From contig NMRA01000214.1 of NCBI GenBank assembly GCA_002633005.1, positions 580,414-644,413 of the forward strand: a stretch of 64,000 bases of DNA, given 5' to 3'. Shown here piece by piece: positions 37,437 through 50,700 of this stretch (the stretch's first letter is position 1; each line of letters starts with the position of its first letter). Position numbers and translations under genes: made by a program. The notes beneath the pieces were generated by a model that ran no database searches, was not told the origin of the DNA, and saw only the letters and a program-made list of their open reading frames with translations. This DNA comes from Phoronis australis. Lineage: Eukaryota > Animalia > Phoronida.

Positions 37437-40233
37437 CACGCGCGCATCCAGAGAGGGGGGGAGGGGGGGGGGTCTGGGGGTATTGTCAAAGGGGCCCCCA
37501 TTTGGCGAAGTGGAAAAAAGGTTCGCCTCGCAGAAACAAAAAGTCCTAGAAAACTAGACAAACGTCCACTAAAAAAGGGTAAACACACAATTCACAGTTC
37601 CGAACGTGGTACCTCGTTTTTTAGTCCTCCCGCTTTTTGGCTTGTAATAGTCCGGGAGCCAGGGGGTTGAACCTGGATGTGCCGGATTAAGTTTTTTCTT
37701 TGCTGTTTCATGTAGCCTAGGGTTACGTAACCATGATTTAGGGGGGTGACCGTTCGCAACCCTTGAGCATTTTTTTAAATATGCAAATTAAGATCATCAT
37801 TATGCAAAATTCTATTTATAATTTCCTTACCAAGCACTGCAGGCAGATAATTTTGAAGTTATCACCTATGTTTCCATGGTCAGCGAATTTAATAGTGCAA
37901 GTTTTTTAAGTGGATGCATTCTGAATTTGCATAATTTATGCAAATTAAGACGGCCATTATTCAAAATTGTTCTTGTGCTTATAGCTATGCTACCAGGCAC
38001 CACAGGTGAACTATTATGATATTTGCACCTATGTTCTTATGGTCAATTAGCTTAGTGAAATGTGTTTGCATGTTGTTGCTTAATAAATTTGCATAATTAA
38101 GGAAAATTTGCATAATTAATGCAAATCAATGTCACCCTATTCAAAATTCTACTTAAGCTTTTCAGCCATAGCTAATCATCACCAGTATGCAATAGGGGCA
38201 AGCTGAACACCATGCGGAATTATAAATGGTGAGAGTGATTTGTTTATGTCATTTTTCTTCCATCCATAGTCCTCTGGATCCTGTTCTAGCGACATTCACC
38301 ACATTCTCTGTGAATGCCTCTGTTGTCAGTGACAGTTTAGGGGCAGACATATATCCCTTGCTGTTTTTCTTCCCCATACCAATAGTCTGGTTCCTGAGAT
38401 CTTCCTGATTCTCTTCATTCCATAACACGCACACATATATTTAGTGGCCTGTTTCATGACATCAGGAAAATGTGCATTAATGGTGCCGATGGGAGACTGG
38501 TCATGTCCAGTCTTCAATATGTTAACGATGAATCCCTTTCCAACTCCATAGTAGCATGTCACCGTGTTATACCCCTACAGCAGTTAACTTAATGTCTACG
38601 AGTGTTCTACGCTTACTAGGTCATTTAATTTTTGTAGTATTTGAAGCTCTTCCTTGTCTTAGTACTGCACACGCGAAGCTCAAATACATTTTTGTCATCC
38701 AAAACAACCTAAAATTTGTTAAGTTCACATACACATTTCACGTTGTTGCACAGTAATGGAGCCGGCTTCTCCGTTTGATGTCTCCAGATAATGTCTGGTG
38801 CCTTTGTCCTTGTAAAGGAAAGGGATCTTCATCAGTGATTACTTACTTGTGTTCCTTACGTAATGCTAACCTTTCTCGAAGTCTGAAAACATTGCATGTC
38901 CAATGCTTATTGTTTCACGTACAGTAACTATTGGAGTAGCAATCCTGTCACTGCTAATGTTCACTACTGCATCTTTGGGATGGACCTTGGGATTCAGTTG
39001 ATCGATGCTGGTATCTACTCTTGACAGATTCGTGCGGATGGGCATGTGCCTCAAGACGTGCCTAATTACTTTCCTCCGTACGATTGGTTTTAGTACAAGA
39101 TCTAATGTTACCGCTCTCCATCTCTCCAAGACCTGTTTCAATCTTGTAGGACAAATGACAACTTGCGGCCAGAACTTAAGAGTCTGTTAGTGTCCTTTGA
39201 GGGCAATTCCCTACTATGTCCCTACTACTGCATTCATACCTCATGAATGTAGTCCTCATAAATTGATCGCTCCGAGCCCCATTCCAGCATTCACCCAGGT
39301 CATTAAATTAATCCACGTTGTTTCTATCGTCTGTGGGAGCGCAGGGAAAAATGAGCAGAAACAGTATTTGGAATATTGGTACCCTTTATTTGTAGGCAAA
39401 TTCATCATGCAACAACTTGGAAACTGGTTTCACCAAATTAATTGACCACAGGAACACGGGTGCACACGTTAAAATAGTTCACTTGGGGTGCTGCTACTAC
39501 AGCTATAAGCAAAAGTAGAATTTTGAATAATGGCGGCCTTAATTTGCATATAGTATACAAATTCAAAAAGTATCAACCAGTAAACGAGCTCCATTGAATT
39601 CACTGACCTGAAGCATAGGTGAAAACATTGAAGTAACCCGTCTGCAGTGCTTGGTAAAGGTGTAATAAGCAAAAGTATAATTATGAACCATGGTGGCTTT
39701 AATTAGCATTAATTATGCAAATTTATCATGGAACAACATGTAAACTGATTTCATTAAACTAATTGACCATGAGCAACGTTGTGCAAATACCATGATAATT
39801 CACCAGTGATGATTGGTACCACAGCTATTATAACAAGTACAATTTTGAATAATGGCGGTATTAATTTGCATAAATTATGCACATTCAGTACCGAACACCC
39901 AAAAAGTTGCACTATTAAATTCGCTGACTATAGAAACATGGGTGAAAACATCAAAATAATCAGCTTGCAGTGCTTAGTAGGGAAGTTATAAGCAAAACAT
40001 TTTTTGCATAATGGCGGCCTTAATTTGCATATTTAAAAATGCTCAAGGGTTGCGAACGGTCATCCCATTAAATCATGATTATCTATGCCTAGGCTACATA
40101 ATACAGCAAAGAAAAAACTTTATAAAGCAAATCCAGGTTAAGTAAAAAAACAGCATTTGACTCCCGGACTATAAAAAGTTCACATCGACGGAAATTTAAG
40201 CCCCCCCCATATTAAAGGCTGGGTGCGCGCATG
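37437..40233. mobile_element. MITE (CAxGCGCGCAxCCAG...CTGGxTGCGCGCxTG termini) split by the Academ insertion
   Basis: 15-bp imperfect TIR at 37437 and 40219-40233, with G-runs on the left and C-runs on the right; ~270 bp once the Academ is removed. Confidence 0.6.
37648..40171 (-). mobile_element. Decayed Academ DNA transposon
   Basis: Termini TAGTCCGGGAG...CTCCCGGACTA; TIRs of several hundred bp; 3-bp TSD TAA on both sides; minus-strand XPG/H3TH-like remnant CYYGVGK..KYMCACYG. Confidence 0.85.
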
Positions 40234-40902
40234 GCGTGGTCTATGCAGTCGCTTTACTTCCTCCAACCTTGACCACGTGATTCATGAATCGTTGATCAAT
40301 AATTCTCACACAGTGAAACGCTAAGCAACTCATTGTCAATCAGCATTCAACGTGCTGATTTCAAACGATGCACATGCAATGTAAGTACTGTATATTGCGC
40401 TTTGTGTATGACTGAGTAAACAATGAAATCTTATGTTCTGAAATTAATGTTGGCAGCGTCATCAAGTAAAACGTCTGTTTGTGTTTTCAGTCACGTAGGC
40501 CTACTTATCTATTGCCAGCTAGTGGTCACATGAACTTGTTCGTTTGCGTTGGCTGCCGAATTATGTGTTGCGAGTTGCGACTGTCACTGTTGTTCCAACG
40601 TCGTGACAGTCAATAAGCGGATAAATTGGCTTTGAGTAAGACAATTCTTGTCTGTGAAAATATTAACCTTTCCTTATTGAACACAACATTTCATCACGAT
40701 ATGAACTACTAGCATAAAATAGCTCTAAGTGTCATGCGGCTAGTTTTTGCACTAGCTTCAGATTCCCTGCAATATCTCAACACTTTAAATTAGAAGCAAT
40801 GCAGACTTGGTAGTCGGCAACGGACAAGAAGATAGTTTATATATGCTTGTGCCACCTGGTATTACTCATGTCAAAATTTACAAACGTGTATATATTGATG
40901 AA

Positions 40903-41003
40903 TGTGTGTATGTATGCATGTATGTATGTATGTATGTATGTATGTATGTATGTATGTATGTATGTATGTAGGTATGTATGTATGTAAGTATGTATGCATG
41001 CAT
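40903..41003. repeat. (TATG)n microsatellite
   Basis: Direct reading of the sequence. Confidence 0.95.
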
Positions 41004-41458
41004 GTTTGTAGGCCTATAGCGATATCATAACAACCATGGAGTGGCAGGGCCCCTGGTGTTAGGGTTGCTTGGAAAATGACGTTAGTGTCATTCGGTTGAA
41101 GACAAGGGAAGGTAATAGATCCAATATATAACATCAAGGAATTAGGCCAAGTCCGCTCACAGGTTCCCTTCTTGGGTTTCGATCAGCTGTAACTAAATAA
41201 CAATAACCAAGCCACATTCGGAAGCCAAAGTATGCAACAAAGCAGTCGATTCGCATTGCTTGAATTAAGGCGGACTAAATAATTATGAGGGCGTCTTTTG
41301 CCTGAGGCTGTACGTCTGGTGGATTTTATATGATCAACTATGAATAGAAAAGCACTCCGTTTCTACAGCCATGTTGTGATAAAATAACAGGGGCTACTCG
41401 TACGCTAACGTTTGGCCTTTTGCCACCCCAATGCTATAAGCGCCTATGCCAGATGGAC

Positions 41459-44400
41459 TAGTCAATTTATGTCAAATAGCCACCCGACCCACAACAAATT
41501 GCAACAAAAGGTTTTACTAAGGTTTTGTGTTGTACTGCGTATACTTATTAACAGAAAAAAGTCTACCAAAATCTGTCCACCGGAAATGGCTTAAAACTGC
41601 GTTATTTCCAAGATGGCCGCCATGACGTTTCGAAATCACCAAAAATAGATATATTTTCTTCAATAAGTGAAATAGAGACATAATTTTTGGTTATAGTCTA
41701 TAGTTTGGAGGGGTCAGCAACCCGCTGGTGTGGTTAAAATTATGATATGCTCAGTATTTGATACGAAATTCAAGATGGCGCCTGAAATTCAAGAACGAAA
41801 AATGACTGATTTGTTTATTATATCGGGTGGTCAAAGAAACGTTTCGAACTTTAACCTTTATATTTTCTAAAAACATTTATTGAAATTGCACATATGGATA
41901 TCAATCTATTGTCAGTACACCATAAAAATATATTGATGCTCTGTGTTTTCGCTCCAAGACAGAAAAATACTTTTATAGCCCAAAAGTCAATGCCAAATTA
42001 GCCTACATAATTATACATGATTATCAAGGATGGTGACACTTAGCAATAAATTTATTCAGAAGTATGTTTTCAAGGGTTTTGTTATAGTCAGTTGGGTGCT
42101 ACATTTTGCAAAGTCATGGTGTTTTCAAGTCCCGACTGAACGAGCTAATTGGGGTTAATTACAACATGTTTTACACTAAGTCCTGACTGTAATCTAATGA
42201 ACTACAGTGTTTGGAATGCCCTGACAAAGAATGTGTACCAAGGTATAGGTTGTATTATGCTCAATAACCTAAGCCTGAAAAATTTCTCTTTGCTAAAAGG
42301 CATCTGTCAGTATCAAAATGACTGAACAACAGATGCTAATAAAGTATTTATTCGTCGACATGACGCATGAACGAGTAGGTTACATTTTCATCCAAGAATG
42401 TTATGTTCATTTCACGTATGCATACTGCCTCAGGTCAACCCTCATCTCTGTGTTCACGTTCCTCAGAAATTTGATTTAGTGTATTGTCACAGTATGTCGC
42501 TAGGCACAATCTACATGTAGATGTACATGCTAGCCCATTCTTTCGGCAACTGCACCGGGGCATGCTACCAACTGTAGAACAGTTGCAGTGTATCATCTTG
42601 AGGAGTGTCTGGTGCAGCATTCACAGCAGTTATGATGTGTACGAATTGATTGTCTTCAAGTCTCCAGCCCCAGTCTAAAGGATCCCGATCATTTGCCATC
42701 CCCATCCAAACCATGACCTGGTAGTACAATCGAGACAATGAAACCTTTTGGCTGATTCCGTTGGTGAAAGACGCTCGGGAGTAGCGAAAGGCTTAGTAGC
42801 AGCAAGCTTCTTTGCGAATATGTTGTAATGCACAGCAAACCAGAGAACACGTGCTCTCTCTACCAAACATTGCCACCATCGCTTTGCTGCCAAGTTTCTC
42901 TCAGCGGGGCTCACACCTTTCGTGGCGAATGTGCTTGCGCATGACTGGAGGACATGGTCATCTTTCGCGAGTTTCTGAGAGACTGAAGTCATTCCAACGC
43001 CATATGCACGAGACGTTGAGTTGCATCCTGTGAAGGAGGGCAGGAATAGTAGCTGGGTACACAATTTAATCCTGGTTCTTGACTGGTAGCCATATCTGAA
43101 ACATAGTGGTTTCCCGTCAGCCATACAGTAATGGAGCATAAGCATCAACATGTCAGTGTCCTCGCCGATTACTGTGTTGGAATGCATATTACTGCTGTCT
43201 TTGCAATGTCCACATCAGCGTTCCCTTCTGCCTGAATGGCTGTGCATCTCACTTTCTGCAGCTGATCACTTATTAAGGCGATCAGTTGTTGCTTGTTACT
43301 GCCAGTGGATAGGAATTCATCTCTCTTAATCATCAAAATTCGCTTCTCCTGTAAAATTCACAGTCGGATAGCTGCTGGTCTGTCTCCGTCTCAGTGTTAT
43401 CCTTTATCGAAGGACCTGCACCATAGCCATCAAAGACAACAGTGGCTGCCTCAGAGTGGTTTGCGCATGCTCCGACAATTTTCCATAGGTATATCTCTTC
43501 TTCCATTTGAGCTTGTGCAGAAAAGATCCCCCATCAAGCGCATACTTTTCAGTCTGGAGACGTACTGAAGGCGTGGAATTTGGTGCTCCTTCAAAAGCAT
43601 GGGTCTTGGAACAGCGGTCATAAACGTCTTGGACCAGTTGAGGTCTTTCAACCTTCTTCAAGATCAGGTTGTCCTCATAGAGAAACTGTGGATGTGGACT
43701 GAGCTCGAAACTCACAACTTCCTCAAGAGACAAGTTGTCTTACCGGGATACCACCAGGGATGACTGGAAGAGTAAGCGAGGATCGATGGTTCCGTCAGGA
43801 CCAACTTGGACTGCAGCTGCATTTCCAGGGTCTTATCATTCTCTCTCCTCTTAAAAGAGAAAGAAGAAAGAAAACAGGTTTTCGAAGCATACTCTCAATG
43901 ATTTTGTTACCAACAGATTGACATCTGCGTTGGCGACAACACCATCGATGACATTGCGTAGCACAGGGTCAGAGGAGAAGGGGGAAGTTGCAGTCAGCTT
44001 TATGCTTATCTTTGCAAAGTCGCATACGTCTCTTTCAATTCTGGTAGCAGTTGTTTGTTTATGTTGTGCGCTTGTTGTGTACGTGAGGTCATTGGAGTCC
44101 TGCAAAGTGATGCTCACCTCTGACGTTACCGTGACCAACATTGTCCGACAATGCTCGCTGCTCCTCTGTTTTTTTACTGCCATGAGTCAAGCCGCCTGTG
44201 CCTTTCAGCGATCTCATTTAGTAATTTCTCTCAATGGCTAAATCACAGCTGAGGCCTGCCCAAAACTGGTTTGTTCGTCGAATCATACGAAAGCCATTTT
44301 TGAAACTTCGCATACACATCTGGGTGACTGTTTGTTCTCCATATCAGCCATTTCTTGTATGTAGAGGTAAGCAGATTTCAGGTAGTTGTGGTGTCCAGCT

Positions 44401-45168
44401 GCAGGAAACATTGGCAAGGCATCACTAACAGCTGGCAAGTGATCATCCAAGAGCGAGTGCGATCTGCCTTGGTCATTGCCTGAGCAGTATGGAACATCTT
44501 CAGACCAGCCACAGACTTCTCATGATGTGCACAGTTGCGGCTGATTGTGGGACACTTCAGACATATGTTGACATTTTGCCCTGGGCTTCTAGTTTCCTTG
44601 TGTGTTTTAAATAAAAACCAGTGGCAAGCAAATATACACTAGACAATTTTTGTTAATTTTATGCAAGCCAATGCTTTGGATTAGATATCAAATATTAATG
44701 CAATGTTCATAGTTTAAAATAGTTCAGTCAGAATTCAGTCAAATCTAAATGTTTTAAGATCATTCAATCAGAAACCGGCCATATCTAATCATACATTCGT
44801 TATAATTGATGAAGGACAAATGAGTGATTACTGCTCTTGAATTTTTGCCACCATCTTGAATTTCATATCAAATATTAATCCTATCTTAGTTTTAACCAGA
44901 CCAGCGAGTTGCTCACCCCTTAAAACCATAGACTAGAACCAAAAATTTTGTCTCTGTCTCATTTATTGAAGAAGTTGTATCTATTTTTTGTGATTTTGAA
45001 ACGTCGTGGCGGCCATCTTGGAAATGACGCAATTTTAACCCATTTCCGGTGGTCAGAGTTTGGTAGACTTTTTCCTGTTAATAAGGATACCCTTTAGAGC
45101 ATAAAACCCACTGTAAAACCTTTTGTTGCAATTTGTTGTGGGTCAGGTGGTATAAGTGTGATTAACTC
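41459..45168 (-). mobile_element. Decayed Academ (XPG + Cys-rich type) DNA transposon
   Basis: ~370-bp TIRs beginning TAGTCAAT (ccacccgacccacaacaaattgcaacaaaagg vs reverse complement at ~45119-45150). Minus-strand frameshifted remnants LDGGSFLH..W, AEGNADVDIAK, GEDTD, FTGCNSTSRAYGVG (XPG-like nuclease) and IHCNCST..RCSCRKNGLACTSTCRLCLATYCDN (Cys-rich finger). Confidence 0.88.
41819..42246 (+). mobile_element. Tc1/mariner remnant nested in the second Academ element
   Basis: TA(T)ATCGGGTGGTC mariner-like end at ~41819, where the Academ TIR similarity stops; peptide SPDCNLMNYSVWNALTKNVYQG at 42179-42244 resembles the SPDLNP+DYxxW transposase motif. Confidence 0.55.
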
Positions 45169-46944
45169 ATTCTTTCATAAAAGTTGATTAATGCGTGTGG
45201 CTCAGTGGCGCTACTGAAGAAAGTGTATTCGCTATGATTTAAAGCATCAATTTTAAAAATTCGAAGAGGGTTAAAATTTACTTTTCAATTTTAAAAACAA
45301 TTATTTTGGTTGTTTGCATTAGTTATTGTTAGTTTTTTTTTGACGTTGAAACTAGTACACTAAACACACAACCCCAATTATCTCATCCAACATACAATAC
45401 ATTCGGCCAAGCCCATGAACTTCGATTTGCGATGACGCCGTGAAGTCTTTGATGTGCCGAGACTGTGACTTCGCTGGACGGTAAACCGCAGTGAGGTGAG
45501 GGATGCAGCACCCTCGCCCACTTGCATGCGAAGAGTGTTCAATGTTATTTTGCCCCTTTAAATTATTTCAAATAAAGGCTTATCATTGCAATCTTAAGAT
45601 ATTGCTTTCACCAATCACCCCGGCATCGGTTTACCAGCGAAGCTGAGATCGACAAATAATCTAAAAATACATGTCCAAATCACCCCGGTTCAATTAGTAG
45701 AGTAGTATTAGTAGAGCTGCTTTCGTCATTTAGTTGACCTTTTAAGAGAAATGTGCTCTCATTGCTGTCTGTCAGTGGAACACAATGTAAAAATGAAACT
45801 GTTTACTCTACCTAGGTTTCTACCCAGCCTCGTCCCCAAGCCTCAAGATGGCGCTGATCTGTTTAGCCATTTGAGGCTTGGTTAGGAAATCTGTGTCAGA
45901 ATTCTGACACATTTTTACGGAAATCGCCGGAATATCACGAGTAAAATAACATTGAAATTTTCTGCAGCATAATATAAAACTAAAAACTAATGGTTTATTG
46001 CAGCAATTTAAGTCTAAATTATTGCATACGTAACATCACGTTTCAGGCCAAGAATTTATTTAGAACATAATTATGGTTTCTTGGCCGCGTTAAATGTGAA
46101 CTTTAAAAACGATAATGGAAGAAAGCAGACATCTGTCGCAAGAAAACTTTTCCCGCGCATTGAGTGTATATACGAACATAATTTATGCACGTCAGTGCTC
46201 TTGGGCCCTTTAACTCAAATCGAGGATCCGCCCTTACTGAAAGCGGGCAACATTTGGCTAAGAACGCGCACTGAAAGCGACTCTGGTCACGGAGTTCTAA
46301 ATGTTTCCAACGTTTTTGGCCCCTATTCATTCAATTTCATTTCGTTGTGTCAAAATTCTTGACAACGTAAAAACTACCTTTAATTATTGAGAGGCTCTAG
46401 CTGACTGCTTCAGGAACATATACTAAAACAATGGCAAACATTTGTTGGCAACAAGGAACGCCAGGTTGGCAACAATAACTAAATAATATGAATTTAGAGC
46501 TTTTTTGAGTCCATGATTTACGCCAAAAAATAATTAATTTACGCTGCAAATAATTAATTTACGCCGCTAATAATTATTTTACGCTACTAACAAGAATTAA
46601 TTTACGTGCGTAACGTTCACCCATTTGGCCAATGATAGTCACAGCATAGAAACACGAATTATATACACTTGGCCTTGGGCGATTTTGGCCCATGGTAGAT
46701 TACGCGTCATGGTTAATACAGAGAGTAAGTTATCCCCACATTTCATATTTCGTTCTCATGGTCATGTGTGGTTATTAACATGGGGGGCGCACCATAGGGG
46801 GCTGGGGGTGGGCTATAGCCCCCACTTATTTCAGTGCTGCACCGCCTGTGATATATGTTACATGAAAATTAAAGTTTCAAACACTTAAGTTACGACCTGA
46901 TTCGTTCCGCGGTTTCAGCTGGGCCCAACTGGCAAAGACATTTG

Positions 46945-47205
46945 GGGTACGTTCCATAGACGCATGAATCTAGCGAAAAAGCAAGGTCACACAAAACCAT
47001 GCCAGTGAAAGGCGACGTGTTTCGCAAATGTGCTCCAACGAGTACCTTACTATCGCACATGGCAACATGGTGCTCCTGAACTGATTGGTTGGTGAGGTAG
47101 GACTGCTGAATTATTTCATAACATTTATTGTTTCCGTCGCATAAGCAGATTTTTCATTGCGATGGCTTTGTGAGCGTCTTACATGTACGTCTATGGAACG
47201 CGGCC
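46945..47205. mobile_element. MITE ~500 bp upstream of the SLC16 start codon
   Basis: TIR cgttccatagacg(catg) / (catgta)cgtctatggaacg. Confidence 0.65.
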
Positions 47206-47441
47206 GTCGTATGTGAACCCGGAAGTCATCATCAAGAACCAACCAGATGTTCAACTGGAGTGCAAATCAAGTGCAGTTTGCGATTATCATAAAGCACACA
47301 TTAGCATTTCATAATCCGTTTTCAGTTACGTCCTCCCATTTCCGTATATCCCCGTCAGTTTCGGGAAAACCATGCTCAATTTTTTGGATTGAAAACGGTC
47401 ATTGGCTCATCGCTACTTATCACTCAATATGAAAATTAATG

Positions 47442-47443
<2 letters not shown>

Positions 47444-47488
<45 letters not shown>
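47444..47488. repeat. (CA)n microsatellite
   Basis: Direct reading of the sequence. Confidence 0.95.
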
Positions 47489-47489
<1 letters not shown>

Positions 47490-47701
47490 GGACAATCTCA
47501 CAGTAGAACGAACATTGATTGATATTTTTACAAGGTTTCGGTGACAGAGGCCGCTGCACTCGGTTGCTCGTGTATATGTTCATGGTCGAATGGGTAATTA
47601 TCACTGATTACCGGTATACCGTATTAGTTTTTTCCAGAACACTGAGTGATTGGTGCTTTATCTTGGCATTGACACATAGTTTGCTCTTCTTCTACTTTCA
47701 G

Positions 47702-50700
47702 ATGGCGGCTAAAGCCGTAAACCCGTCAGCAGTGGATCGTGGATACGCCTGGGTCGTTTTGCTGGCCGGTGTGCTCGGGAACATCCTACTAGGCGGTGTT
47801 TGTTACGGTTCAGGGGTAATAAACGTCCTGTTCTTGGACGCCTTCCGTGACACGAGATCAAAAACTGCGTGGATAAGTGCTCTGAACGTCTCCCTTCTAT
47901 CTGCTGCAGGTATGTTCGTAATCATCATCACAAACTGTAACCATGATCTTACCGTGAGTCTCTCTTGTGTTCGAGTGCCAAACGTAGGCCTCCACGTAAC
48001 TGCTGAGAACAAAAAGCACGGTTACCGAACATGCCTGCCTAATTTACCGGGTACCAAGTGCACCCGAGGAGCGTGCGACTTTATGTAACGTTTCGCATTT
48101 AACCGAATTTTCAGCGGCAACGAAATCACGCGGCTAAAACCGAGTACCAAATCAAAAGCGACAAACTTTCGGTATAAACATGGTATCGTTTTGAAATTGG
48201 TCTGAGTTGTTCCTTCTGTCAATTTGGACGTGATGTCAGGTCTGAATGAACGCTAGTTTTTAAACTGCTTTAATAATGTGTGCAAGTGAATCTTGACTCA
48301 GCCATTACACAACGGCAGCTGCTGACGTGTTTTCAATTTAACATTAAATCCAATGGAGAAACCAGCGTCAAAAATGATTTATTATTGACGGTCGTATCTC
48401 CATGGCGTCCTACACATCCATGTTTAAACTGAAGTTGATCACAACAAAACGTCTTGGGCCGTTTCATGAGGAGTGACGTCAGACTTAAGTCAGAAATTTT
48501 GTCGGACGCTTCAAGCAACTTTAATGAAAAATAATTTAATCTCATTTTAGCATAAATAAGCAGTCTTAGAATATTCCCAGAACAGCTAGTTACGTGGATG
48601 ATTTGCGTACATTATTTCTGGACTGCGGTATGCTACTTATTATATTGCAAAGTCTTTATTCAGAAATTGAGAAGACCAAATTTATAACTCAAGTCTTAAT
48701 AAGTCACTTTTCATGTAACATATCCCTGGAATTTCGTTGACGTCCGTATTGCTTCGATGTCTAATTCTAATCCTCCGTGCCAAGCAACTTGATATTGAAA
48801 CAAAAACGAACTGCTAGGTATTTTCAAGCCTATAAATCATTTCCAGTCTGAGCAAGGAACAGTGTGAGACAGATTTTATGACGGTATTATGTGGCTTAGA
48901 TCCAATGTTGTTAGTTGACAGAAGGCGTGGTTACGTTCATTGCACCTAGTAGTTTATTACGCGTATTAAAAGTGTAAAAGAAACAAAGAAAGCACCCAGA
49001 CTTATACGTTAAGTGAATGCGTGCATGTATGTACAAGGGATAGCTGCGTTTCCTAGAGCCGCAAATGTCCTGCATTCAAGTAAGCACGTGATTTATACAC
49101 AAGCTTTACTCCCGTGTGTCTCACATCAGTACTGTTGTGCACCTTGGCACTTGATCAGGGTTACCATAGAATTATACGCACGAGCATCACGTCTTACGCA
49201 CAAACCGCCTACGAACCTATGAATCACGCATACGAACACATGAATCGTGTATACGAACCCATGAATTATGCACACAAACCAAAAAATCACATATGCGAAC
49301 AAAAATCATGCGCACGAATCTCAAAAAATCACACCCCATACGAACACAAAATCATACAGACGAATATCGAATCTCACGCACAAACACTTTATCGTTTGGT
49401 GATTCGTGCGTATGATTCGGATGCTCGTGTGTATGATTTGTGTTCGTATTTGTGAATTTTGTGATTCGTCCGCATGTTTTTTGTTCGTATTCGTGATTTT
49501 TGGGCTCGAATACATGATTCATAGGTTCGTGGGTGGTTCATGCGCATGATTCGAATGCTCGTGTGTATGATTCTATGGTAACTTTGGAGATGAAAGCACT
49601 GAGTTGGATTAAAGTCTTGGTGCTGAAAGCTTGAGAGAAACAGGCAATTCGTTATGGCTTCAGACCATGCTCACGGAGGCGGCTTAGTTTCTGTCTCCAA
49701 AGCTGTGACTGTCGAGGATAATCCATGAGATTCTTCACGCAATGGCGTTGATTTCTAAGAGCAAACGCGCATGTGAAGAGAGTTGAAACCTTACGGCAAA
49801 ACGTACGTGTAATTCCCGTATTAGTTGACATGTATGCAAGTGCAAGCCAGGATTAGATAGTCATTCATGCCAACTACGTATGCAATGCATTTGAGCACAG
49901 AATGCTACACGCTTATAATGAGTTTTCACAAAAGTAGAACGGAAATGGCAAAAATAATTTCGCGTTAAATTTCGAGTACAAAGATTAGGTCCCGGGCACA
50001 GAACACGGTTCATGGCGTCTCTTGTAGAACTTCGATATCTTTAATTGTTTGCAGGCTGGTATACTTGTAAAGTTCAAACCAGTCCTTTTGTTGATTTCAT
50101 AGCATGTAGTAGTGAAAAAAATCTACATGGCATCTTCCCTGTTGTTTTCCTGAAAAATCTTGAAAAAACCCAGTGCCCGAGAGCACGCGTAATGGTGATA
50201 GGTCAGAATGACAGCTCCACTAACTAACGGTACTGGCACAGCTAGGTTATGAGCATTGCAAATAGGCCTTTTTGGTAGCCATATTGGATTCCAATATGGC
50301 TGCAGACAATCGTTTTTTGCCATGACAATACACATTTCCTGATCACAAGATACTGTCTAAAAGCTCCCAACTTTATTTCTTTTTGTCTGCCGCCGTCATG
50401 ATTAAATCCAATATGGTAGTGGCCAGATCACGTGTCTCTCGGAGCACGGAACAGTACGCCAATGGTCAAATTTTCACTTTCCTTAAAACTGAACACGGGA
50501 AACTATGTACAAAGTTGAATTTGTTTGAAGGAATAAACATAACTACACGTATGTTAAATTTAACAACCTACAGTATAGCGCCTGCAACCACCAGCTTATC
50601 ATTGACAACGTTATTTTCATTCCAGGACCCTTGTCCGGCGCATTGGTAAATTTGATCGGCTTTCGGTGGACGATTATTATCGGTGGTCTATTGACTACTA

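Noticed and set aside
47519-48088. 189-aa ORF as a complete protein, and likewise the N-terminal extension of ORF 58023-58976
   Set aside because: Only 47702-47909 and 58129-58932 are MCT-like and bounded by splice sites; the rest is intronic read-through.
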